Positions 1 through 8,526 of a DNA stretch of 19,971 nt are shown piece after piece. The DNA lies in the NCBI GenBank assembly GCA_963745075.1, contig CAVUWV010000007.1:1-19971 (forward strand), in the 5' to 3' direction. Numbering within the stretch: position 1 is the stretch's first letter; the number at the start of each line of letters is the position of its first letter. The translations under genes were made by a program, and so were the position numbers. The notes under the pieces are model-generated. The model ran no database searches. It was not told the origin of the DNA and worked only from the letters and a program-made list of their open reading frames with translations. The DNA comes from Candidatus Hydrogenedentota bacterium (GTDB taxonomy: Bacteria; Hydrogenedentota; Hydrogenedentia; Hydrogenedentales; SLHB01).

Positions 1-2024
1 GTTCTGGCGAATGATTCGAAGCGTGCGGCGGGAGTGCTGGATCAGCCACGGGACCTTCGAGAGATCGTCGGACATGAGGGCAATGTCTGCCGTTTCGATG
101 GCGGCATCCGTGCCGACGGCGCCCATGGCAATGCCGAGATTCGAGGCGGCCATCGCGGGGGCATCGTTGACGCCGTCGCCCACCATGGCAACGGGGGCGT
201 AGCGTTTGGCAATCTCTTTGAGGCGTGCGACCTTGTCCTCGGGAAGCTGTTCCGCGAAGTATTCGTCCACGCCGATTTCCGCGGCCAGCTCGCGTGCGGT
301 CCGCTCGTTGTCGCCGGTCAGCATGATGACTCGTTCGACGCCGGCCCGCTTCATGGCGGCGACGGCTTCCCGGCTCTCGGGCCGCATCTCGTCGGCAACG
401 CTGATCAACCCGCAGATGTGCGCCTCCGTCCCCAGCATGACCACGGTGTGGCCCGCGTCCTGAATCGCTTCCGCACGATCGTTGGCCTCGGGGTTGTCGT
501 GTCCGCGCTCCAGCAACAACCGGTGGCTGCCAATCCAGTACGTACGATCGCCGATCTGCGCCTCCGCGCCTTTCCCTTCGACGGCTTGGTACGACTGAGC
601 GGCCGCGAAATCGATGCCTTGCTCGCGGGCGTGACGTACGATGGCCTGCGCCAGGGGATGATTGCTCAGCGACTCGATCCCTGCCGCCATCGACAGTAAC
701 TCCTGCTCGTTGTGCCCATTGAGGGGAAAGGCCCCTTGCACGCGGGGTTCGCCGATGGTCAGGGTGCCGGTCTTGTCCAGGGCAATGGCCTTGAGCCGCG
801 CGGGCAGTTCCATGAAGACCCCGCCCTTGATCAGCACACCGGCCCGGGCGGCGCAAGTCAACGCCGCGACAATGCTGACCGGCGTCGATATAACCAACGC
901 GCACGGACAGGCAATCACCAAGAGCACCAGTGCGAGATATACCGATCCGCTCCACGTCGAAATGCCGATCAACGGCGGGCCAACCGCCACAAGGATCGCG
1001 AGCGCCATCATGGCGGGCGTGTAGTATTTCGCGAACCGTTCGACCCATTGTTCCGACGGCGCGCGGCGGCCCTGGGCCTCTTCGACCATGCTGATGATGC
1101 GCGCCAGACTCGAATCAGAGGCCGCCTTCGTCACGCGGAACTCGAAGGAGCCTTCGTTGTTGATGGTTCCCGCATACACCTCGTCGCCTTCGGATTTCGA
1201 TACGGGCACGGACTCGCCCGTGATGGGCGCCTGGTTGATGGAGGTCGACCCGCGCGTAACCGTGCCGTCCATGGGGACGCGCTCGCCCGGGCGCACATGT
1301 ACGATGGCCCCTACCGGCACATCCTCAACCGGTACTTCGCGGAAATCCTCGTTGGAATTTTCTTCGGTCCGATATCGCGCGGTTTCCGGCGCGAGATCGA
1401 CCAGTGCGGAAATGGCCCGTCGCGCCCGGCCGACACTCCACGATTCGAGCAGTAGTGCCAGCGCGAACAGAAAACTCACCATGGCCGCCTCGAACCATTC
1501 GCCGAGAACGAGCGCACCCGAAATGGCGACCACCATCAGCAGGTTGATGTCCGGCCGCAGGGAGCGTAGCGCATAGAAAGCCTTCGGCACGACGTACCAT
1601 GCGCCGGTCAATGTGCCGACAAGCAACAGGATGGCCGTTAACGGCTCGTACCCGAACCCGCCACCGTGCGAGCGAAGGACCGCTTCTTTTAACCCTACAG
1701 CAAAGACATGGGAGACAAACGCCGCCACAATGGCGAAGCCGCTTACGGCGCATAGAATTTCGCGGATGTGCGTCTTCCAAAACCCCGATTTGCCATCCTC
1801 GTCGGAGCGCACGTGCTCGTCCCACGGAACCGCTTTCATTCCCGTCGAACCGATTGCGGACAAGATGGAATCCGCAGACGTATCCGAGATCACGGTAAAC
1901 GTCCCCGAAGCAAGTCGAAGCGCAGATCGTCTTCGCTTTCAACGAGGGGACCGAGCGCACGCTTCAACACCGCCACTTCTTCCGCGCAATCCATACCGTG
2001 AATCTTGAATGACTGGTCGCTCAC
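1..2024 (-). CDS. cadA: Heavy-metal-translocating P1B-type ATPase (Zn/Cd/Pb exporter, CadA/ZntA-like); 3' end beyond the window; one frameshift near 1903-1906
   Basis: Manual minus-strand translation. GTG at 2024 follows RBS AGAGGAG and gives MSDQSFKIHGMDCAEEVAVLKR (HMA domain). After a -1 shift one continuous frame contains PDINLLM, INQAPITGESVP (~1205-1240), LVIACPCAL (~895-920), DKTGTLT (~757-777), SNHPLA and VAMVGDGVNDAPAMA (~150-190), and is still open at base 1 (..RTLRIIRQN). Confidence 0.95.
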
Positions 2025-2102
2025 AAGTACTCCTCTAGAGCCAGGTTCGTATTGGGGGCTGGCCGGGCGTGCGGCCGCTCAAGAAAGACTAACACGATGC
2101 AA

Positions 2103-2186
2103 TCACGGGTTGTTCCGGCAATCCGCGCACTGCCCGTACAGGGAGACTTCATGATCCTCCACCATAAACCATCCGTTTGGCAATGG
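2103..2186 (-). pseudogene. C-terminal remnant of a Fur/Zur-family regulator
   Basis: The minus frame reads *PLPNGWFMVEDHEVSLYGQCADCRNNP*, resembling the Fur C-terminal signature GFxxxxHxxxxxGxCxxC. An in-frame TAA lies at 2187-2189, and no HTH or HHH..CxxC segment is found upstream. Confidence 0.6.
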
Positions 2187-2190
2187 TTAT

Positions 2191-2206
2191 CGAAAATGAA
2201 CTATCA
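2191..2206. promoter_or_regulatory. Fur/Zur-box-like imperfect dyad in the exporter/importer intergenic region
   Basis: CGAAAATGAACTATCA (reverse TGATAGTTCATTTTCG) resembles the 7-1-7 Fur box TGATAATnATTATCA with one extra central base. It overlaps a possible znuA promoter (TTGGCA 2177-2182, TATCAT 2202-2207; 19-nt spacer, suboptimal). Confidence 0.35.
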
Positions 2207-2232
2207 TCAAGCGTTGCACCTGCACCGAATTG

Positions 2233-2261
2233 AGTATACCAAAGCACCAAGAACCCACCAA
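2233..2261 (-). promoter_or_regulatory. Putative sigma70 promoter for the (fur remnant)-cadA transcript
   Basis: Minus strand TTGGTG (2256-2261)-N17-TATACT (2233-2238), with an extended -10 TGn. Confidence 0.45.
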
Positions 2262-2294
2262 TCCGTCATCGGGGCGCATGGGAGAGACTACGGC

Positions 2295-3173
2295 ATGGCG
2301 AGGACCTATCTTCAGGGGACGCTTGCCATGCTCCTTATAGGGACGTTGGCGGGATGCGGCGCGCAGCACGACGCACAACGGCGCTATGTGGCCAGCATCG
2401 CCCCCCTCGGCATGATCCTTCACGAAGTCGTCGGCGATCGTGCCGAGGTGCATACGCTGCTTCAACCGGGGGCCTCTCCACACACGTACGAACCTCGCCC
2501 CAGCGACGTCCGAAACGTCGAATCGGCGCGGGCGTTGTTCTACGTGGACGAATCGTTGGACGGCTGGGCGGCAGAACTGCCGGCGGTATCGAAGATCGAC
2601 GTTCTGGCTATGGTGCCGGAATCGTTCCTGCTTCCTTCCGTTGACGAAGACGCGCATAGTCACGGGCCTCACGATCCGCATTTCTGGGGCGACCCGTTGG
2701 CAGTCAAAGCGGCGGTACCGGGGTTAGTGACAAAACTGTCCTCCCTGGATCCCGAGGGAGCCGCCGGATATGACGAACGCGGGAAACGCTTCATCGCGGC
2801 CCTCGACCAATTGGATGCACGGCTGCGGGATATGATGGCCCCGGTTAAAGGAAAACCGGTCGTCATGTTTCACCCGGCCTGGAACTACTTCCTGCACCGG
2901 TACGGTCTCGAACTCGTCGCGCTCGTGGAGCCGTCGCCAGGGAAGGAAGCGACGGCCCAGCATATTACGCAGATTGCGGATACGATCCGGGCCCGCGGGG
3001 TAACGGCGGTGTTCACGGAACCCCAATTGGCCCGCCGTCCGGCGGAAGTCGTGGCGGAGGCGGGCGGGGTACCGGTCTACGTACTGGACCCGCTGGGTGG
3101 GGTCCCGGGTAAGATGACGTACGAAGACCTGTTGCTATCGAACGCGCAAACCATGCTCGAGGCTCTTCAATGA
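2295..3173 (+). CDS. znuA: Zn/Mn ABC transporter substrate-binding lipoprotein (ZnuA/AdcA/TroA family)
   Basis: ATG 2295 follows GGAGAG. Lipobox LAGC. Motifs PGASPHTYEPRPSD, short His loop DEDAHSHGPHDPHFW, HPAWNYF, LDPLG. Confidence 0.93.
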   Translation: MARTYLQGTLAMLLIGTLAGCGAQHDAQRRYVASIAPLGMILHEVVGDRAEVHTLLQPGASPHTYEPRPSDVRNVESARALFYVDESLDGWAAELPAVSKIDVLAMVPESFLLPSVDEDAHSHGPHDPHFWGDPLAVKAAVPGLVTKLSSLDPEGAAGYDERGKRFIAALDQLDARLRDMMAPVKGKPVVMFHPAWNYFLHRYGLELVALVEPSPGKEATAQHITQIADTIRARGVTAVFTEPQLARRPAEVVAEAGGVPVYVLDPLGGVPGKMTYEDLLLSNAQTMLEALQ

Positions 3174-3922
3174 CGCCACCCGCTGTGGAGACAGAACGCG
3201 TCGCCGTCCGGTTCGGCGAGACCCACGCCTTGCGCGACGTGAGTTTCGCTGCGCCCGAGGGTTCGTTCGTCACCATCATCGGCCCGAACGGCGCAGGCAA
3301 GAGCACGTTGCTGAACGTCATCCTCGGGCTCCAGCACGCAGACCAAGGCGTCGTACGCATATTTGGAAAGCCACCGGAAGAAGTCCAGCCCCTGGACGTT
3401 GGCTACGTCCCCCAATTAAAAACCCTCGATCGGCGCTTTCCCGCCAAGGCAATTGAACTGGTCGTAACCGGATTGACGCGGAAATGGCCGTGGCGCATTC
3501 GCGAGGAACAACGGGTGGCGGCGCTTGAGGCCATGAACCAAGCCGGCGTCGGGCAACTGGCCGACCGGCCCATTCCGGCGCTTTCGGGCGGCGAACTCCA
3601 ACGCGTGTATCTGGCGCGGTGCCTCGTGCGCAAACCACGACTCCTAATCCTTGACGAGCCCGGTGCGGGAATGGACGTCGCGGGCGAAGCGGAGATGTAT
3701 CACCTGTTGGAAGACTATCAGAAAGCCTCGAAGGCTACCGTGCTGATGATTACCCACGACTGGGAAGGCGCGCGCGTACATGCCACGCACGTGCTCCTGC
3801 TGTATCAGGGTCTTGCCGGATTCGGGCCGCCCGAGGAAGTCGCGCGCGAAGACCGGTTGCTTAGCGTGTTCGGGTTCACGGGGCACCGTGCGGTAAGCCG
3901 CGAACGGAACTCCCATGATTGA
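3170..3922 (+). CDS. znuC: Zn/Mn ABC transporter ATP-binding protein
   Basis: Walker A GPNGAGKS, VGYVPQ, signature LSGGELQR, Walker B LLILDEP, ITHD switch. ATGA overlap with znuA. Confidence 0.95.
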   Translation: MTPPAVETERVAVRFGETHALRDVSFAAPEGSFVTIIGPNGAGKSTLLNVILGLQHADQGVVRIFGKPPEEVQPLDVGYVPQLKTLDRRFPAKAIELVVTGLTRKWPWRIREEQRVAALEAMNQAGVGQLADRPIPALSGGELQRVYLARCLVRKPRLLILDEPGAGMDVAGEAEMYHLLEDYQKASKATVLMITHDWEGARVHATHVLLLYQGLAGFGPPEEVAREDRLLSVFGFTGHRAVSRERNSHD

Positions 3923-4721
3923 CGCGCTCACGTACCCCTTCATGCAGCGGGCGCTCGTGGGCGGTGCGCTCGTCGGCTTTCTCCTGAGTTACTTCGGGAC
4001 CTTCGTTGTCCAGCGTCGCCTCGCGTTCATGGGGAGCGGACTCGCCCACGCGGCCTTCGGCGGGGTCGCGTTGGGGATCCTGCTGCACACGCAGCCCTTG
4101 TGGATCGCCGTGCCGTTTACGGTCGTCGTGGCGACTGGAATCGTCGCGGTCCGTGAACGCACGCAGCTCGCGGAGGACACCTCGATCGGCGTCTTCTTCG
4201 CGGTATCCATGGCCCTGGGTATCGTGTTCCTGTCCATGACCAAAGGATATACGGGCGACGCCTTCACCGTGTTGTACGGTTCCATTCTCAGCGTGACGTT
4301 GACAGACCTCCTGGTGACGGCAGGAGTGTCGCTGCTCGCGCTCGGCATGATACCCTTGTGGGGCCAGTGGGCCTACGCCACCTTCGACCGCGACCTCGCC
4401 CGGGCGGATCGACTCGCCGTGACGCGGGCCGACTACATCTTGAATATCGCGATTGCCGTTTCGGTCGTCGTGTCCATCAAGGTCGTCGGGATTCTATTGA
4501 TCGCCGCATTTTTGGTGTTGCCGGCGGCGACGGCGCGGCTCCTCACCGCAACATTCCGCACGATGACATTGTGGTCCGTGGCCCTGGGCGTAAGCACTGC
4601 GCTAGCCGGCCTGGTTGTTTCATACTATTCCAATATGCCGAGCGGCGCGACGATCATTCTGTTGCAGGCCGCGGTCTTTCTGGTGGCGGCTGTTTGCGGG
4701 CAATTCTTGCGGAATACATAG
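3915..4721 (+). CDS. znuB: Zn/Mn ABC transporter permease (ABC-3 family)
   Basis: FMQRAL, GTFVVQRRLAFMGSGLAHAAFGG, LYGSIL, VGILLIAAFLVLPAATA, PSGATI. Multiple TM segments. Overlaps the znuC stop. Confidence 0.95.
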   Translation: MIDALTYPFMQRALVGGALVGFLLSYFGTFVVQRRLAFMGSGLAHAAFGGVALGILLHTQPLWIAVPFTVVVATGIVAVRERTQLAEDTSIGVFFAVSMALGIVFLSMTKGYTGDAFTVLYGSILSVTLTDLLVTAGVSLLALGMIPLWGQWAYATFDRDLARADRLAVTRADYILNIAIAVSVVVSIKVVGILLIAAFLVLPAATARLLTATFRTMTLWSVALGVSTALAGLVVSYYSNMPSGATIILLQAAVFLVAAVCGQFLRNT

Positions 4722-4741
4722 CAGGCCAAATCAATGCGGTC

Positions 4742-4750
4742 TGGTATAAT
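4742..4750 (+). promoter_or_regulatory. Extended -10 promoter upstream of the His-rich protein
   Basis: Perfect TGnTATAAT (TGGTATAAT) about 50 nt upstream of ATG 4802. No good -35. Confidence 0.55.
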
Positions 4751-4801
4751 TGAGATAAAGCAGTGGTTCCGAACGGAGTCCCAAGAAACAGGAGTATAGC
4801 G

Positions 4802-5155
4802 ATGAGCTGCAATTCCCATCGCGGGCACGTTCACAAGCACGGTAAGAAATGTGGCCACGTAGCCATCGAGCACGATGGGCACATGGATTACCTTCAGAAC
4901 GGCCACCTCTTGCATCCCCACGGTGACCATCACGACGAGCACGAGCTTCCCATAACCAGTTCCAATCCCGATGAATGCACGCAGGGACATTCCTGCGAAG
5001 GCCACGACCCGGGGCACGTGCACGGTCCCGGGTGTGGCCACGAGCCCGTCCCCCACGGCGACCACATCGACTACCTCGTCGACGGTCACCTCCACCATCC
5101 CCACGGCGATCATTGTGATGACCACGGTCCCGTCAAGATTGTGAAGCCAGAGTAA
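4802..5155 (+). CDS. Small His/Cys-rich putative metal-binding protein with two internal repeats (117 aa)
   Basis: RBS AGGAG precedes ATG 4802. 26 His and 6 Cys in 117 aa. Two copies of HxHGxxCGHxxxxHxxHxDYLxxGHLxHPHGDHxDxH. Confidence 0.9.
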   Translation: MSCNSHRGHVHKHGKKCGHVAIEHDGHMDYLQNGHLLHPHGDHHDEHELPITSSNPDECTQGHSCEGHDPGHVHGPGCGHEPVPHGDHIDYLVDGHLHHPHGDHCDDHGPVKIVKPE

Positions 5156-5167
5156 ACAACGTTGCGG

Positions 5168-6082
5168 TCAAACGTATTGATTCAAAAATGATACGGTGCG
5201 CGCAAACGTAGCGACACCCGGCTTGCCGTGCGCGACCTCCATATCCTCGATGTGAACCCCGCCGTCGAATCCGTGCCAACCACCGGAAATCGTAACCAGA
5301 TCGTTGAAGACGCCGTCCTTGTCCAATTCCCGCGCCATATCGACTGATTGTTGATATGGCACATCCGTGTCGTCCGTGCCATGAAGCAACAAGGTCCGTG
5401 GATACTCGCTGGACACATTCCGAATGGGGCAATACGGATCGAACGCCTCCGGTTGCGTATGGGGATCGAAACCCGCAACCTCCTTCGGCCACAACCCATT
5501 TTGCCGGCAGTAGAGGTAAAAACGGAATCGATTTTGGTCCGGCGGTGGTTCGGTCAGGGGCACTCTGCCGACGCTTGCCAAGGCCTCTTCGCGCGAAACC
5601 GCAGGTTGTTTGCAATAGAACGGGTCGGGCTCGCTGTACCACGGACCGGCGATATCACCGTAACCGTAGTACGAAACCAGCGCCTGCGGACGCGGCTCCA
5701 CGCAGAACCCCGACATGAGCGTGAGATATCCGCCCGCCGACCAACCGATAACACCAACGCGACCCGGATCGAGCGAATACCACTTCGCCCCCGGGCCCCG
5801 GACCCAACGAAACGCGTCTTGCAGGTCTTCGATGATGGCGGGCAGTTTCGTCTCCGGCGCAAGCCGGTAGTCGATCGAGACCTGCGCAAAGCCGGCACGG
5901 GCACAGAGATCGCGAAGCGTATGCCGGATTCCACGACGGCTTCCGATCATCAACGCGCCGCCGTGGATCAGCACCAGCACCGGCGCCGGCTTCGCACTGA
6001 TGACGGGATAGACGTTGGCCTTGATGTCCAGACCATCGACCGTCTTGTAGACGACGGTCTCCATGTCGCTGCTGGTGTACAT
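5168..6082 (-). CDS. Alpha/beta hydrolase (HSL-family esterase/lipase)
   Basis: IHGGALMIGS oxyanion motif, SIDYRLAPE, nucleophile GWSAGG, HGTDDTDVP, HGFD. No signal peptide. Confidence 0.92.
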   Translation of the reverse strand: MYTSSDMETVVYKTVDGLDIKANVYPVISAKPAPVLVLIHGGALMIGSRRGIRHTLRDLCARAGFAQVSIDYRLAPETKLPAIIEDLQDAFRWVRGPGAKWYSLDPGRVGVIGWSAGGYLTLMSGFCVEPRPQALVSYYGYGDIAGPWYSEPDPFYCKQPAVSREEALASVGRVPLTEPPPDQNRFRFYLYCRQNGLWPKEVAGFDPHTQPEAFDPYCPIRNVSSEYPRTLLLHGTDDTDVPYQQSVDMARELDKDGVFNDLVTISGGWHGFDGGVHIEDMEVAHGKPGVATFARTVSFLNQYV

Positions 6083-6086
6083 GAAC

Positions 6087-6108
6087 GATCCCCTGCCTTG
6101 CGGGGATC
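6087..6108 (-). promoter_or_regulatory. Hairpin covering the hydrolase RBS
   Basis: Minus strand GATCCCC-GCAAGGCA-GGGGATC (7-bp perfect stem). The 3' arm contains the AGGGGA Shine-Dalgarno just before ATG 6082. No U-tract. Confidence 0.5.
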
Positions 6109-6111
6109 AGT

Positions 6112-7466
6112 CTAGCGGCTCAACGGTTCTATTGCGAATGCCGGGCTGTCCAGTTCGAGCGCAATAACCGTGTCGACGGGATCTTGTTGCGGTTTCTCGA
6201 GCCGTCAATACGATCCCGTTCTGGCGTTTGCTCGAAATTGACCTTCGCGCCGCCCAAAATGTGCGCGGCCTCGATGCGCGGCTCGATCGCGGGCAACGTG
6301 AACGAATCGCCGTCCCATTGGAACACATGCAAATAAATCGTGTTGCCTTTGCACGTCGACGCGCCCCATTCGCCGGGCATAAACGGACCGCCGCGCGTGC
6401 CGTAAATGCTCTCGCCGTTACGTTCGAGCCACTTCCCCATTTCCCGCAACCGTTCCGCCTGCCGCGCTTCAATCCGGCCGTCCGGCATGGGACCGACATT
6501 CAACAACAGGTTGCCGTCGCCGCCACAAGTGAGCACCAGCGTGTGAATGCATTCCTTGAAACTCTTGACCGTGTCGTCCGGCTTCCAGGCCCACTGCGTC
6601 CCCAAGGTCATGCAGGTTTCCCACGGAACGTCACGTTTGAAGTTTCCGATCTTTTGTTCCGGCGTTTCGTAGTCTCCAATGAAGCCGCCCTTCTTGGTAA
6701 CGCCTTCCATTCCGTCTCTGCCCTTGTCGACGCGATTGTTGATGATGATGGAGGGCTGAAGACCCAAAACGTAGCGATAGAGGTCCGTACCACGTTCGTG
6801 GGTCCACGTCGGGTCCCATTCGCCGTCGAACCAGAGAATCCCCAGGGGCCCGTAGTTCGTGATCAATTCCCGCAACTGGTTCTTCATATACGTCACGTAG
6901 CGATCGAAGTCGGCCGTTTCGGGCGGACGGCTATCGCCCTTGCCTCGCGGAATGTAGTCCGGGTGATGCCAGTCGATAATCGAGTAGTACGTGCAGAACC
7001 GAATGCCCTGGTCGCGGCACGCATCGGACAATTCGCGCACCACGTCACGAGCAAACGGCGTTGCCATGATGTCGTAGTCCGTATACTCGGAGTCCCACAA
7101 TGTGAACCCGTCGTGATGTTTGCTGGTGATGACGAGGTACTTCATGCCTGCATCTTTGGCCAGGCCCACCCACTCCGGCGCGGAGAATCCCGTGGGATTG
7201 AATTCGCGATACAGCGAATCGTATTCCTCCACCGGGACTTTCGTACCGCGTGACCACCCGATTTCCGTCCCTTTCAGGCTGACCGGTCCCCAATGAATGA
7301 AGAGACCGAACCGCGCATCCTGCCACCAAGCGAGCCGGCTGTTGGCATCATCGTTGGCTACGACGGGTGCATTTTCGCCCGTTGCGGAAAAGGGCAAGCC
7401 AGTGACGACACCTACGGAAAGTACAAGCGAGAAGAGTCTGAGATTTCGATTCGATAGAACGTGCAT
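6112..7466 (-). CDS. Secreted alpha-L-fucosidase (GH29); two apparent +1 indels near the 3' end (the uncorrected ORF ends at 6129)
   Basis: Signal peptide, WWQDARFGLFIHWG, AGMKYLVITSKHHDGF, nucleophile LWFDGEW, IINNR, GNLLLNVGPMPDG. Removing one base at ~6223 and one at ~6202 gives ..QTQNGIVLTLEKPQQDPVDTVIALELDSPAFAIEPLSR* (450 aa). RBS GGAGG. Confidence 0.93.
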
Positions 7467-7513
7467 AACGCATTACCTCCCCCCTTGCTACTGCAAGAAC
7501 GACGGCGCCTGTT

Positions 7514-8526
7514 CTACGCCTCCGGTTCCAGCCGCCGGAACTTCTGGACCCGGTGCGTCTTGCTGTTGTCGGCCACGTCGCCGAGATACACGTCGCCCTT
7601 GGAATCCACGGCAATACCGTGGACCCAGTCCAGGTGACCCGGGATCAACTCGCCTTCTTTGGCCAAAGGAAACACCCACAATTCCTGCGGAACCCCTTCG
7701 GTGTTGAACTTGATGAGCAACTGGTCGCTCGGCGGATTGCCCAGATTCCCGCGTTCCGTCCATCGCGCGGGCGCAGAACCACAGACATAGACTTCATCCT
7801 CCGGCGTAATCCAGATACCCCAGGGATTGATCAAGTTTCGCCATTGCTCCAGCGAATTCCCGTCCTGATCGAAGACTTGGATACGGCAGTTGTTCCGTTC
7901 CCCCACGTATAACCGGCCCTTCGAGTCAACCGCGATGCTGTGCGGCTGGCTCAGTTGCCCCGCTTTCACACCGAGTTCCCCCCACGTCTTTACGAAGCGC
8001 CCTTCTTTGTCGAAATGCACGACCCGATTGTTGCCGTACCCATCGGTGACGAAGATGTCTCCGGCGGGGGTGATCGCCACATCCGTCGGTCGATTGAAAT
8101 GCGTCTCGTCGTCACCCGGCTCGTTGGGTACCCCGAGCGTCATGAGTAGGTCGCCCTTCGGCGTGAACTTCCGCACCGTGTGCTGCCCGTAATCGGTGGT
8201 CCACACGTTGCCTTCCGGATCGATTCGAATGAAATGCGGGTTCTTGAAGAAACCCGTACCCCAGGCATCGAGCAGGTTGCCATCCGTATCGTAGCACTGC
8301 ACTTGCGGCGCGATCGCGTTCAGCGTCCACACCCGGTCTTGGTGATCGACCGCGACGCCGGTCATGTACCGCCACGTGAATGCTGTCCGGCCGCTTCGGC
8401 CACTCGGGCACCACTTCATAGCCCGACCGCAAGATTGATCTTCGGATAGCCCGCCGCAAAGGCCGCTACCGCGAACGCGCACACAAGACCCGTTCCACCA
8501 AGTATTCTAAAGAGATTCTTGCTCAT
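7514..8526 (-). CDS. Secreted NHL-repeat beta-propeller (peptidyl-alpha-hydroxyglycine alpha-amidating lyase-like); two apparent +1 indels near the 5' end
   Basis: NHL repeats FNRPTDVAITPAGDIFVTDGYGNNRV and LSQPHSIAVDSKGRLYVGERNNCRIQVF. The likely true start is ATG 8526 (RBS GAGGAG, ATGA overlap with the upstream stop): MSKNLFRILGGTGLVCAFAVAAFAAGYPKINLAV. It joins YEVVPEWPKRPDS and TWRYMTGVAVD after removing single bases at ~8422 and ~8379 (336 aa). Confidence 0.88.

Noticed and set aside
11..2008. Several plus-strand ORFs (34..699, 712..1455 and others) and minus ORF 1325..1960
   Set aside because: They are antisense or off-frame shadows of the P-type ATPase, whose motifs all lie in one minus frame.
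2167..2188. AACCAT-N10-ATGGTT dyad as a MerR-family (ZntR/CadR) operator
   Set aside because: There is no acceptable -35 at 19-20 nt spacing, the arms are only 6 bp, no MerR gene is nearby, and it overlaps the Fur remnant.
2052..2294. 81-aa N-terminal extension of ZnuA in the ORF track
   Set aside because: The RBS and lipoprotein signal fit ATG 2295, and the extension spans the promoter region.
4625..5125. Val/Met-rich hydrophobic minus ORF (166 aa)
   Set aside because: It is the antisense mirror of the His codons (CAC/CAT read as GTG/ATG) in the His-rich gene.
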